Shown: one piece after another, positions 51,372 through 60,729 of the stretch
How positions within the stretch are numbered: the stretch's first letter is position 1
Layout of the letters: each line of letters begins with the position of its first letter
Assembly: GCA_003220315.1 (NCBI GenBank)
Contig: QHSA01000160.1
Span: forward strand, 1 to 61,244
Source: Candidatus Rokuibacteriota bacterium
Lineage (GTDB): Bacteria; Methylomirabilota; Methylomirabilia; Rokubacteriales; CSP1-6
Direction of reading: 5' to 3'
Length of the DNA: 61,244 nucleotides
The notes under the pieces: model-generated
Told to the model about the DNA's origin: nothing
Seen by the model: the letters and a program-made list of their open reading frames with translations, nothing else
Databases searched by the model: none
Position numbers and translations under genes: made by a program

Positions 51372-52758
51372 GATGGCGAGCGAGTTTCCCTGCCGCGGCA
51401 ACCTCGAGCGCGGGGACGAAGCGGATCGTCGCAGGAATCTTGTGGGCCGCGAGGCCCGCGTGACAGATTTGCAGGATCTCGCGCTTGAAGTCCTCGATCT
51501 GACTGCCCGCGCCGCTCGGAGTGGGGTCTCTCTTCAGAACCACATCGGCGGCGACGAGCGAGCCCGTAATGGGACTTCTCCTTGACCGAACGTAGGACAT
51601 GCGGACCGCCGGATGGCGGTTGATCACCGCCTCAACCTCCTCGGGGTAGACCTTCAGCCCGCCGACATTGATGACTCCGCTCCTGCGACCGAGGAAGTAG
51701 TAGCGGTCCTCGCGTCGTTCCACGATGTCGCCGGTGTCGACGAAGCCCTCATGGTCCATGAGCGCCGTGCCGTCCTCGTCGACATAGCGGAGGGCGGTGC
51801 GGGCGGAACGAATCCGCAGCGACCCGTCTTCGATTTTCATCTCCACCTCGCCGCGCGCGCCGATCAGTCTCGCCGGAAAGCCCTCGAGACCGTCGGTGAC
51901 TTCGAATCCAACGCCAGCTTCCGTCGACGCGTACGCGTGGCCGATATCGGCCTGCGGGTAGAATGCCTTGAGCGCATTGAGGATCGCCTGGTCCGCGATC
52001 TCCCCCGACAACCGGACATAGCGTGGTGCGATCGCGCGGGCGGACGGGCTCATCAGCGCCCGGCGCCAATGCGACGGGGTCCCGGAGATGTGCGTCGCCG
52101 CCTGCGCGCCGAGCCGCAAGAGATACTCCCCCGGTGGTTCGCCGGCGCTGGACAGGACGAATGACCCACGACCGAGGAGGGCACGTAGGAAGATCTGGAG
52201 GCCGCCGTACCGACGGATGTCATAAAAGGTACCCCAGACGACATCGGTGCCCTGATGCTGACTGCTCTTGATCGGCGCCGTCAGGCCCGCCAGGGTATGA
52301 ACGAGCAGCTTCGGCGCGCCGGTGGTGCCGGATGTGAGGAGCACCCAGTCGGTCGCGTGGCGATCGCGCTGCACGCCGTCCGCCGGCGTCACGGGCACAC
52401 GGCAGATCACGCGTACGGGAACGTCACGAGCGTGCAGATCGTGGTCGGACACGATCGCGTCCACGCCGGCCCTCGCGATCACCGAAGGAAGGTGGTCGGA
52501 TGACAAGTCAGGCGGGCAAATGACGACCCGACGCGCCACCCCGTCCAGCTCGACGAGCGCCAATCCCGCCGCGAGCTGATCCTGGGTTGCGATGAGAACC
52601 GACCGACCCGAGAGCTCCGGGAGACGACCGCCGAGAGTCGTGCCGCGCAGGAGATCGCTCAGGGAAACGCCGGCGCCGACGCCCCACAGACAGCGGCCCA
52701 CGCAGTCCGAAGCGTTACCGAGCTTGTCTCGAATCGACGTCGCGTGATTGGGCAGCAT
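51364..52758 (-). CDS. AMP-dependent adenylation enzyme (acyl-ACP/CoA ligase-like)
   Basis: LTSGTTGAPK, YASTEAG, DTGD, GRRSGVINVGGLKVYPEEVE, GKL. Confidence 0.85.
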   Translation of the reverse strand: MLPNHATSIRDKLGNASDCVGRCLWGVGAGVSLSDLLRGTTLGGRLPELSGRSVLIATQDQLAAGLALVELDGVARRVVICPPDLSSDHLPSVIARAGVDAIVSDHDLHARDVPVRVICRVPVTPADGVQRDRHATDWVLLTSGTTGAPKLLVHTLAGLTAPIKSSQHQGTDVVWGTFYDIRRYGGLQIFLRALLGRGSFVLSSAGEPPGEYLLRLGAQAATHISGTPSHWRRALMSPSARAIAPRYVRLSGEIADQAILNALKAFYPQADIGHAYASTEAGVGFEVTDGLEGFPARLIGARGEVEMKIEDGSLRIRSARTALRYVDEDGTALMDHEGFVDTGDIVERREDRYYFLGRRSGVINVGGLKVYPEEVEAVINRHPAVRMSYVRSRRSPITGSLVAADVVLKRDPTPSGAGSQIEDFKREILQICHAGLAAHKIPATIRFVPALEVAAAGKLARHHA

Positions 52759-52990
52759 TCTCATAGAACCTGATGAAGTCGCCAAGCGTCACCGGATAGA
52801 ACGCGTCGTCCGATTCGGTGAACGGATCGAGTCCCAGTGTCTCCTCGAGGCGGGCCACGAGAATCGCGATCGCGAGAGAGTCGAGCCCCAAATCCAGTAA
52901 GACCAGGTCGTCCGTCAGAGGGGGAAGATTCTTCTTTTCGTTCTCGGCAATCTGCTGGAGCTGCGAAATGACGGTGATCTTGATTGACAT
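52715..52990 (-). CDS. Acyl carrier protein
   Basis: Small acidic protein, LGLDSL phosphopantetheine site. Confidence 0.88.
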   Translation of the reverse strand: MSIKITVISQLQQIAENEKKNLPPLTDDLVLLDLGLDSLAIAILVARLEETLGLDPFTESDDAFYPVTLGDFIRFYENAAQSRDVDSRQAR

Positions 52991-53010
52991 GCGCTCCTCA
53001 CATATTTGGA

Positions 53011-54285
53011 TTAGCGTGGCAAGCTCTCGTCAAGCTTGGGGCCCGGGGCCCTTCCTCTCGCGTGAGTCCAGTTCGCCGTTCCCGCAAGGTTCCTGGCGTG
53101 AGCAAGAATCTTCGTGGTGAAGGCGTGAGCGCGGATGGGGACATCGAGTACACCGGGCCACGGATCGTCTGCGGCGGACAGCGCGAACTCCAGCGGGCCA
53201 CGGAAGGAGCGTACATAGTCAGCGACACGCAGGCGGCCCCGCACGAGTTCTTGGAACGCCGCCGGGACGTCTGCGAGCATTCGCACCCAGCGAACTCCGG
53301 CACGCCCACGGATCTCCGGCACGCGGTTTCCCAGCATCATGCGCCAGAGCAAATAGGGATAGTCGACTCCGGCACGGCAACACAACGACGACCACGTCCA
53401 GATCCGAGCATTGAAGTCGAGGAGTTTGTATCTGCGGTCACGACGATCATACTTGAACTCCAGTTCGACGAGCCCCGTGTAATGGATCGCGGCCAGCAGA
53501 CGGTGGGCCGGTGCCTCGATTTCCGGTACCTCGACGGTCTCGACGAAGCTGCTCCCGCGGCCGAAGTCTATCGGGTACTGGCGCGTCCGCCTGGCGGTGA
53601 GGGAGGCAATCGGCCTCCCCTCCGAGCACAACGCGGTGAAAGAGAACTGCGCTTCTCCTCCACCGGGGATCATGTCCTGCACCAGGATCAGCTCCGGCGG
53701 GACCAGGGCCCGGGCCTCTCGGTAGCGCGCAAGGAGACGATCCCGGTTTTCCGCGGGCCAGGCCTTGTCGGCAGTGAACTGGTTGGAATCCGCCTTGACG
53801 GCCGGCTTCAAGATCACCGGGAACCGACCGTCGACGGCCTCCAGGTCCGCTTCGCTGGCGGGACACAGCGTCCACGGGTGGTCGATCGATTCTTGCGCTG
53901 CGAGCTGGTAGGTGAGGCGCTTGTCGTATGCCCAGCGCAGCACGTCCCAGTCGGGAGTCGTGACACGGAATCTCGTGGCCAGCTCGCGCCGGAATCTCGA
54001 CAGCAACGCTGCGGACCGGTCCACGGTCGGAAACAACGCCCATCCATCGAGGTGGTGGTCTCGCGCCTGGCGGAGCAGGTATCCGACCTGCTCTTCCGGG
54101 CTTCCCGTGATCCAGGGAAGGGTCCGTCGCGTGTACCGGGAGAGCGTTGCAAGCCGATCGCCGCGGGCCGCTGTCACCCAGACCGGGACGCCGTGGCGCC
54201 CAAGGCTCCTCGCGATGGACAACCCACGGATACTGCCGCCAATGACGAGTGCTCCGAGGCGGTTCGCCCCACCGGCTATCTTCAT
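53011..54285 (-). CDS. ATP-grasp carboxylate-amine ligase (D-aspartate ligase-like)
   Basis: DKRLTY, FPVILKP, VQDMIPG, RQYP..FG, ELEFKYD....KLLDFNAR. Confidence 0.85.
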   Translation of the reverse strand: MKIAGGANRLGALVIGGSIRGLSIARSLGRHGVPVWVTAARGDRLATLSRYTRRTLPWITGSPEEQVGYLLRQARDHHLDGWALFPTVDRSAALLSRFRRELATRFRVTTPDWDVLRWAYDKRLTYQLAAQESIDHPWTLCPASEADLEAVDGRFPVILKPAVKADSNQFTADKAWPAENRDRLLARYREARALVPPELILVQDMIPGGGEAQFSFTALCSEGRPIASLTARRTRQYPIDFGRGSSFVETVEVPEIEAPAHRLLAAIHYTGLVELEFKYDRRDRRYKLLDFNARIWTWSSLCCRAGVDYPYLLWRMMLGNRVPEIRGRAGVRWVRMLADVPAAFQELVRGRLRVADYVRSFRGPLEFALSAADDPWPGVLDVPIRAHAFTTKILAHARNLAGTANWTHARGRAPGPKLDESLPR

Positions 54286-54408
54286 GGCGATCGGCGGGTT
54301 CTGTTTTTAGCGACTCGCTTCAAGAATTCTCCACCTTTCTGGCAGGTCACGGTGTTAGATAATATCAGCCGTGCGTGGGACTGCGCGGCGAAGCTCGCAG
54401 GAGTTTGT

Positions 54409-54852
54409 ATGGCGGCCCCGTTAGCGTCCAGGATGCGTGAGGCGTTGCGTAACGTCGTGGTGGCGATCCGTCGCCACTACCTGATTCGCGTCTGGAAAAT
54501 GGACATCGGCGAAGGAACCGTGATCTCTCTGAGTGCCAAGCTCGATAAGACCAATCCGCAGGGAATCCACATCGGGAAGTACACGGTTGTCACGTTTGGT
54601 GCCGCGATCCTGACGCACGATTATGTCAACAATCGAGATGGCGACGTGCGCATCGGCGACAATTGTTTCGTCGGCGCACATTCCATCATCTTGCCCGGAG
54701 TGACGATCGGGGACAGTTGCATCGTTGCGGCGGCGAGCGTCGTCGCACGTGATGTGCCTGCGGGATCACTCGTCACTGGTAACCCGGCGCGCGTCGTCGA
54801 AGCCAATGTGAAGACCACCCACTACGGTGTTCGCAGTTCGCGAGCGACGTGA
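54409..54852 (+). CDS. Hexapeptide-repeat O-acetyltransferase
   Basis: ILTHD, IGDNCFVGAHSIILPGVTIGD, GNPAR; GGAG RBS before ATG 54409. Confidence 0.88.
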   Translation: MAAPLASRMREALRNVVVAIRRHYLIRVWKMDIGEGTVISLSAKLDKTNPQGIHIGKYTVVTFGAAILTHDYVNNRDGDVRIGDNCFVGAHSIILPGVTIGDSCIVAAASVVARDVPAGSLVTGNPARVVEANVKTTHYGVRSSRAT

Positions 54853-55913
54853 CGACCGAGAAGGTTTCGTCCGAGTCCCGGCGTCGACTCGAAGAATCGC
54901 TTCAGGCTCAGGAATGGCCTCTCCAGGAGATTCCAGGATAGCGCCGCCATCGCGTAGCCTGCGAGGAGCATGATCGGCAGGGCCAGCAGGGGATGCCCGT
55001 CCGCGTGAAACGTTTGCGCCGCATCGAACGGGATCTTGTGGAGCAAATAGAGGCCATAACTGATCGTCCCCGTGGACACCAGGAAGCGGTTCGTCAACGC
55101 CAGCCGGAGCCAGACGTGCGTAGAAGACAGCGACAGATACACTAATGAGGCCGAGGCCACCGCGGTCAGAGAGAAAACGATCCATCTTGCATCCAGGGCC
55201 TGGGTGACAAATGCGAGCGGCGCCGCGATCATCAGGAAACCCCAGGCTCGTTTGACAGACTTGGGCGAGCCGAAATTCTCCGAGCGGACGATAAGCGCGA
55301 GGAGCGCTCCCATCATCAGGCTGTCGGCACGACAGAATATGTTTGAGTAGATATTCACGTGGTGCGATGACAAATAAAGGCGCAACGCCGGAGCGAGGCA
55401 AATCGCGGCGATCGCGATGCGCCGTACCTGAGCGGCAGAGCGGTATCGCACGACCAAGGGCCACACCAGGTAAAACTGTTCCTCGATGGCCAGCGACCAC
55501 GTGGCGCCAAGCGGGCCCGTGGCCATGGTCGGCGTCGGAATCAGGAAGTTCTGGAGGAACAACGGAAAGGCCCACCAAGGCGACGACCTTTCAAAGACGG
55601 TGTGGGCTTCCGACGGGCGCAGGAAGGGAACGACCACGAACATCAAGAAGAGCAGGGAATAATAGAGCGGCCAGATCCTGAGACAGCGCCTCATGTAGAA
55701 GTTCTTGAAATAGTCGTCCGACTGCTTTGTGTCGACAAGAATCCCAGTGATCAGGAACCCGGACAGAACGAAGAACAGATCAACTCCCATCCACCCGTTG
55801 CCGAACAGGTACTGTAAGTGGAGCGAGGGGTATTTATCGCTGACGTGAACCATGATCACGAGCAGGATGGCCACGCCGCGAATGCCGTCGAGTTGAGGGA
55901 TCCTTGGTTGCAT
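54822..55913 (-). CDS. Acyltransferase-3 (OafA-like) membrane protein
   Basis: LDGIRGVA..V..H, GVDLFFVLSGFLI, RR..RIWP, WSLAIEEQFY, SYGLYLLH, ERPF. Confidence 0.92.
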   Translation of the reverse strand: MQPRIPQLDGIRGVAILLVIMVHVSDKYPSLHLQYLFGNGWMGVDLFFVLSGFLITGILVDTKQSDDYFKNFYMRRCLRIWPLYYSLLFLMFVVVPFLRPSEAHTVFERSSPWWAFPLFLQNFLIPTPTMATGPLGATWSLAIEEQFYLVWPLVVRYRSAAQVRRIAIAAICLAPALRLYLSSHHVNIYSNIFCRADSLMMGALLALIVRSENFGSPKSVKRAWGFLMIAAPLAFVTQALDARWIVFSLTAVASASLVYLSLSSTHVWLRLALTNRFLVSTGTISYGLYLLHKIPFDAAQTFHADGHPLLALPIMLLAGYAMAALSWNLLERPFLSLKRFFESTPGLGRNLLGRHVARELRTP

Positions 55914-55972
55914 TGTTCTGTGTGAGGCGGAAGAGAAGGAGCTGGTCGAGGCGCTTGCCGGCGTCCTGTGGC

Positions 55973-56659
55973 TTACGGCGCGAGAGCTGGACCCGCGGCG
56001 CGCAAATGAAGGATGGTCTGGATCAGGCTCCGAAGGAGCCCAACCCCCTCGAGGAGCTCCGTCGGAGGTGGAAGAGGATCGTGGGAGAGCCTCATCTCGG
56101 CTTCCAGCGCCCGGAAGAGCTCTTGCGTGTGGACGACATCGACGACGCCGTGCACGTCCGTATACTCTTGCTCCGCCGACCCCTGTCGCTTGGCGAGCCC
56201 CTCTAGATAGGGCATGAAGCGCGTGATCCAGCCCTCGAAAAAGGCCATCATCAAGACGATCTTCACCCCGGAGAGTCGTCCCACGAACAGGCGGACATTC
56301 TCCAGATTCCGATAGACCGCCAGCGCGTCCGAGTCGGTCGGAACGGCGTGCGCTGCGATCGCGAACTTCCGGAGCATCCCCGGATGGTTGTCGCGCACTT
56401 CTTCGCGGAGATTCTCCTGGATGATCGAGTGGGCTTGCTGTGACACGACGGAGAGATAGGCGGCGGTCATCCAGTAAATAAAATTCCCTTCCAGCACCGC
56501 GGTGTAGCGAGCGATGATCCCGCGCTGTTCGTCGGGGGAAAGCTGTTCAGCGTTTGGGCACGACGCTATGAGGTCATGGATTGCTCGGTCTATGTGTTCT
56601 TGGAGCGGCGCCGTGTGCGACCGCTCGGGAGTCATAAGACCGAAAGATTCTGAGGTCAT
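55973..56659 (-). CDS. Heme-oxygenase-like diiron oxidase (HDO) family protein
   Basis: ENLREE....H, FFE, VHGVVDVVH (HxxxDxxH) ligand pattern. Confidence 0.7.
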   Translation of the reverse strand: MTSESFGLMTPERSHTAPLQEHIDRAIHDLIASCPNAEQLSPDEQRGIIARYTAVLEGNFIYWMTAAYLSVVSQQAHSIIQENLREEVRDNHPGMLRKFAIAAHAVPTDSDALAVYRNLENVRLFVGRLSGVKIVLMMAFFEGWITRFMPYLEGLAKRQGSAEQEYTDVHGVVDVVHTQELFRALEAEMRLSHDPLPPPTELLEGVGLLRSLIQTILHLRAAGPALAP

Positions 56660-56847
56660 CGCTCGCTCCTTGGGAGGTGGTGTACTCCCGCCAGACACGT
56701 ACCGCACAGAACACGCCGGGGACTGACAGAGCACATCTCGTGCCGATTTCCGGACTGCCGCGAAATTCGAGGCCTAGCGCATCCGGGATGCGATTGGAAT
56801 TGCAGGAATGTGAAAAGTCTTGGTAACACAGTGTGAACCGGGATTCC
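56654..56847 (-). repeat. Duplicated sigma54 promoter plus leader module, copy B
   Basis: CGGCACGAGATGTGC at 56745-56731; same 72-nt offset to ATG as copy A. Confidence 0.85.
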
Positions 56848-56878
56848 GTATGGACCGATCGCCGCTCCTCTGGCGTGG

Positions 56879-57919
56879 CTACCCGGCGTGCCGATAAAAC
56901 ATGTTCCCGGCGGCGATCAAGACATTATCGGGCAACCGGCCGCAGAGCTGCTTCGCAATGGCCATCGTCCAGCCCGTGCCGGCGCTCGGGGCCGGCGAGA
57001 CAGAGCATCGCAAGTAGTTCAGCACGGAGCGCGTGGCGCCCCACCGGTCCTTGAACGTCGCCAGACCCGGCGTCTGCAAGTCCGATCGACCCAGGTCAAA
57101 TTCGTGGAGTCCGCTGCGCTTGGCCTCCTGGATGGCGTGCCAAAGCAAGAAATGCATGCCGCCAAGGCTGTTGAATCTCGCATCGGAGGAACCGTACTTG
57201 TACACCAGAGAATGCTTGAAACTCAGCGTGAGGATGCTCGCGACGGGGCGACCCTCCTTGGAGGCGACACGGATCGTGAGGCTGTCACCCGCGGAGTCGA
57301 TCAAGTGACGAAACCACTTGAGCGGTTGGGGAGGCAATTGCCTCCGGCGACACGTCAATAACAGCAACTGGTAGAACTTGCGCAGGAGCGCCTCCGATCT
57401 TCCGCCTTCATAGGTCAAGACCTCTCGCTCGGCACGTCGAATCTTCCGTTGGGTGCAGTTCTTATGAAGGCCGCGGAAGAGCACCTCGAGCGACGGACGA
57501 AGATCCATCCGGTGAAAATAGAACGCGCGGCTTTTGTGAAAGGCGGGCGACTGTCCCGGCGAGCTGCGCAAGGGTCTGAGCTCGATGTATTTCCAGTTCT
57601 CCCTCCGCAGATCTCGCTCCAGGAAGCCGAGAACGTATTGCAGCTCCTCCTCGGTATCGGTCAACGGCTCGCTATGGTCGGAAAGAGGCAACGATACCAA
57701 TCGGCGCCCGGTGAGCCAGCTGTCGACGCGGCAGAACACCAGGCCATTGGACAGCTCGGCTCTCGGAGGAGCAGTCGTGTACGCGATTGGTTCATACCCA
57801 TACGTTTGGCGCAGGGGAGCCAGCCAAGCCCGGGTGTGGAATATGCTGGCGCTGGGGTGCCGCTCCACGAACTCGGGCCAACGAGGATCCCGCAAGGGAT
57901 CAAGGGTGTAGATGGCCAC
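56879..57919 (-). CDS. GNAT/FemAB-like protein of EPS loci
   Basis: W..FV..HP.ASIFH...W, LVSLP.SD, RKIRRAERE, LLW.AI..A...G...FDLGRS...GL..FK..WG. Confidence 0.82.
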   Translation of the reverse strand: MAIYTLDPLRDPRWPEFVERHPSASIFHTRAWLAPLRQTYGYEPIAYTTAPPRAELSNGLVFCRVDSWLTGRRLVSLPLSDHSEPLTDTEEELQYVLGFLERDLRRENWKYIELRPLRSSPGQSPAFHKSRAFYFHRMDLRPSLEVLFRGLHKNCTQRKIRRAEREVLTYEGGRSEALLRKFYQLLLLTCRRRQLPPQPLKWFRHLIDSAGDSLTIRVASKEGRPVASILTLSFKHSLVYKYGSSDARFNSLGGMHFLLWHAIQEAKRSGLHEFDLGRSDLQTPGLATFKDRWGATRSVLNYLRCSVSPAPSAGTGWTMAIAKQLCGRLPDNVLIAAGNMFYRHAG

Positions 57920-59319
57920 TATCGGCGCCGCCCGGACGCAAGGCTGGCTGGCCTCCGCGCCTTCAGCGTGTCCTGCCCCTCAATGGTGAACTCGAGCTTG
58001 CCGTCAACGAGAGTCGCAAAAGCCAATCGGGCGCGCTCCTTGCCTTGGCCCTCGATGCGCCACCCGTTGCCCTCGGGTACGACACTCATCTGCCTTCGTT
58101 CCCGCCACCACCGATCGACGTCCCTCGGCAGCGCGATCCAGAGTATGCCGTCCGCCCGCAGCTGGGCGAGATGGGCCAGCAACGCCTGGTACGTGTTTCT
58201 GGCTCGCTTCTGGATCACGTAGTCGGGATGGACGATGAAACTGGCGAGACCATGGTTCTCGGTAATGAGGGCGATCTGCCGCTTCCAGAGATCGATCGAA
58301 TAGTCGTTCAAGATATGGAAGAGCGTGTAGTCTTGCGTCGCGGTCAGCGGCAGCTCGAGGACACGGCCGATGAAGAAAGGCAGGACGGTACAGCAGCCGC
58401 CCCGCTGGGGATCGAGATGGGCCACAGAGGGAAGGGACATATCGTACGCGAAGTCCAGCGCCCCAAACCACTCTGGATTCCGGTACAGGGAACCCGCGCG
58501 GAACCCCCTCGCCGCGAACTCCTTTCCGTAAGCGTTGATCCTTTCGACCCGCCGTAAAAACACTTCGCGGTTGGAGAAGAGATGGCCGTCGTGATTCAGA
58601 TCGTGGATGTTGATTTCAAACCCGCGATCGCGAAGGCTGCTGAGAAAGCTTGCCGGAACCGCGTAACGCCGCTCGGGCACGATCTGGAACGATGATTTTA
58701 TCCCGACCGAGTCGTCCAGATCCATGAGGCGCGAACAGAAGTTCCTTCCGGGCAGGGTCTCCACGTCGTGAGTGAGGATGGCGCAGCTTGGCGCGCCCTC
58801 GGGCCAGAACCAGATGAAAGGAATTCGGTCGACTGCGTGGGCCTTCAGCGTCAGAGCCAATAGCGTTTCGAGTAGGTTGTCGACGGTTCGATCAATCGGC
58901 CAGTGCGGAAACGACAGCTTCTCCCAACCTCGGAGATACAGTCGGTGGAGATGCTTCCGGACGGCGACCGGCAGGGCCGGCCGCACGAAGCGATAGGCAG
59001 TCGAAAGCGCCCCTTCGAGGGAGGTCGTCTTGCGATCGCCGTGCGGGTCCGAGAGATACCGCTCACGGCGCAGGTTCTCGGTGACTTCGACGGGATCGAA
59101 AGGCAATAGGAGTGATGGCCCGTCGATCGCAACGTCTGCCAGCGCGTCATACAGGTTAGGACCAACCTCCGGGGCAGGGAAGCCGGGCGAGATCGAGCCG
59201 TAACACACGGCGTTCTCTCCGAAGCGAAAAAACCCAGGGTTCGAGGAGGGCTCTCCGATGAGAGTGAAGTTCGCAAAACTCTCGGGGCACCGATAGTAAT
59301 CGATGAAGGTCCGGTTCAC
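57919..59319 (-). CDS. Polysaccharide deacetylase-like protein
   Basis: WP....C..LTHDVE, HDLNHDG, GFRAG, YDMS, ELPLT..QD, HPDY; GTGA overlap with exosortase stop. Confidence 0.7.
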   Translation of the reverse strand: MNRTFIDYYRCPESFANFTLIGEPSSNPGFFRFGENAVCYGSISPGFPAPEVGPNLYDALADVAIDGPSLLLPFDPVEVTENLRRERYLSDPHGDRKTTSLEGALSTAYRFVRPALPVAVRKHLHRLYLRGWEKLSFPHWPIDRTVDNLLETLLALTLKAHAVDRIPFIWFWPEGAPSCAILTHDVETLPGRNFCSRLMDLDDSVGIKSSFQIVPERRYAVPASFLSSLRDRGFEINIHDLNHDGHLFSNREVFLRRVERINAYGKEFAARGFRAGSLYRNPEWFGALDFAYDMSLPSVAHLDPQRGGCCTVLPFFIGRVLELPLTATQDYTLFHILNDYSIDLWKRQIALITENHGLASFIVHPDYVIQKRARNTYQALLAHLAQLRADGILWIALPRDVDRWWRERRQMSVVPEGNGWRIEGQGKERARLAFATLVDGKLEFTIEGQDTLKARRPASLASGRRR

Positions 59320-60245
59320 GGCCGTGACATCCTCGTGTGGCCTTCCGGCTTCTGCAGCAACCACAGCAGAGATGCCAGGAGCACCAGAGCCAGGAGGAAA
59401 AAGACGACCCCACCCTGGTGATGGAGACGGCCGGTGAGAAAGCCTGGATCGACATACATCGAGAGGAGAGACAATGTCACGATCCGAATTCCGTTCTTGA
59501 CGATGAGCAACGGAAGAGTGGCCAGAATCAGGACCGTCTTCGCCCAGACGGATCTGAGGCAGAGGTGTGCGGCCAGCAGGCTCGTGATCAGCAGCGCCAG
59601 GCTCGAGCGAATCCCGCTGCACTCTTCGGCGATCTCGATGGTGAAGCCGGGCAACGAAAACGTGAACCCGCTCCGAAAGACGGGCACACCGACGAGGTCG
59701 AACGTCGCGTGGGAGACTTCCGCCGACCCCGTCTGGAGCCAGACGATCGCGTGGTTCAGGACGAAGTCCGGTATGGGAACCATGAGAAAGAGGAAGAGCA
59801 GAGGAAAGAGACCCATTCGGAGAGCGCGGAAGCCGTAGCACAGAACGAAGCCGCCGACCCAGAGAATCACCAGGGCAGACATCGCGATGGAGAGCTGGTC
59901 ATTCTCGCTTGCCGAGGCGGAGTGCCGTTGTCCCAACGAGTAGAAGAGCGCGCCGGCAGCGAGCAGCCCCAGTCCCGCGCGCCATTGCGTCTCGGCATGG
60001 GAGAGGATCCGCTTTCGTTCCAGAAAGAAGAGAAATGCGCTGACCAGGGGTACGAGGATGATGTGGGAATAGTGCGCCTGCTGGAAGGAGAAGCGAATCA
60101 GCCTGCTCAGAGGCGCCCAAAAGACTGGCAAAGTTAAACCGATAAGGATAGCGAACCGAGCGCCACTCACAGCCCTTCCTAGCGAGATCTCTTTGAGCTT
60201 CACGCGGTACACGGATTTCAAAAGCATTCCCTGTGAGTCACTCAT
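59316..60245 (-). CDS. Exosortase
   Basis: YSH..LVP, IAEECSGIRS, NGIRI, LHHQGG (Cys-Arg-His triad), multi-TM; start uncertain (60245 or 60170). Confidence 0.9.
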   Translation of the reverse strand: MSDSQGMLLKSVYRVKLKEISLGRAVSGARFAILIGLTLPVFWAPLSRLIRFSFQQAHYSHIILVPLVSAFLFFLERKRILSHAETQWRAGLGLLAAGALFYSLGQRHSASASENDQLSIAMSALVILWVGGFVLCYGFRALRMGLFPLLFLFLMVPIPDFVLNHAIVWLQTGSAEVSHATFDLVGVPVFRSGFTFSLPGFTIEIAEECSGIRSSLALLITSLLAAHLCLRSVWAKTVLILATLPLLIVKNGIRIVTLSLLSMYVDPGFLTGRLHHQGGVVFFLLALVLLASLLWLLQKPEGHTRMSRP

Positions 60246-60687
60246 GCTCTCCGATGGCGGGCGAGCGCTGCGCCAACTCAGGTCGCCAAAGCCAGGCAGG
60301 TGCACTCCCTGCCGACTTCCGTTTGGCCTCGCTCAAGCCGCCACAATCTGCCGAACGCCTGAGAGACGAGGGCGCGTTCGGTCGTTGGTCGTTGGCGCTC
60401 GTTCCCACTCATCTGATGTAGTCGGAACGAACAATGAAGCTGATAAGGCTGGGGCTTCTCTGGAATCGTCAACTTGGCGCGACCACAAGTCGGTCGAGAA
60501 GGCGGACAGATTCGCCGTCGGCTGCCATCAGTCGGAGGGGGTAATCACGCGTGGGCCTCCCAATCGGTGTCAAATGGACACTGACCCGTCAGGAATGCGA
60601 CTTCGGCGAAAAACCTTTCAGTGAACTCATGTGGCGTAAGCGACCAATACAGTTTATCTCTTTGACTCAGTGTCGACCTCGATCTCA

Positions 60688-60702
60688 TGGCATCATGGTT
60701 GC
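60688..60702 (+). promoter_or_regulatory. sigma54 promoter
   Basis: TGGCATCATGGTTGC. Confidence 0.8.
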
Positions 60703-60729
60703 ACTATTTACGCTCTCAAACGGAGCCAG

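Noticed and set aside
52984-54408. N-terminal 475 aa of the 622-aa ORF, and similar extensions of korB, glcF, lutA, lutB, MEMO1, fabH and the deacetylase-like gene
   Set aside because: They overlap real genes; internal starts with an RBS or stop-start coupling fit better
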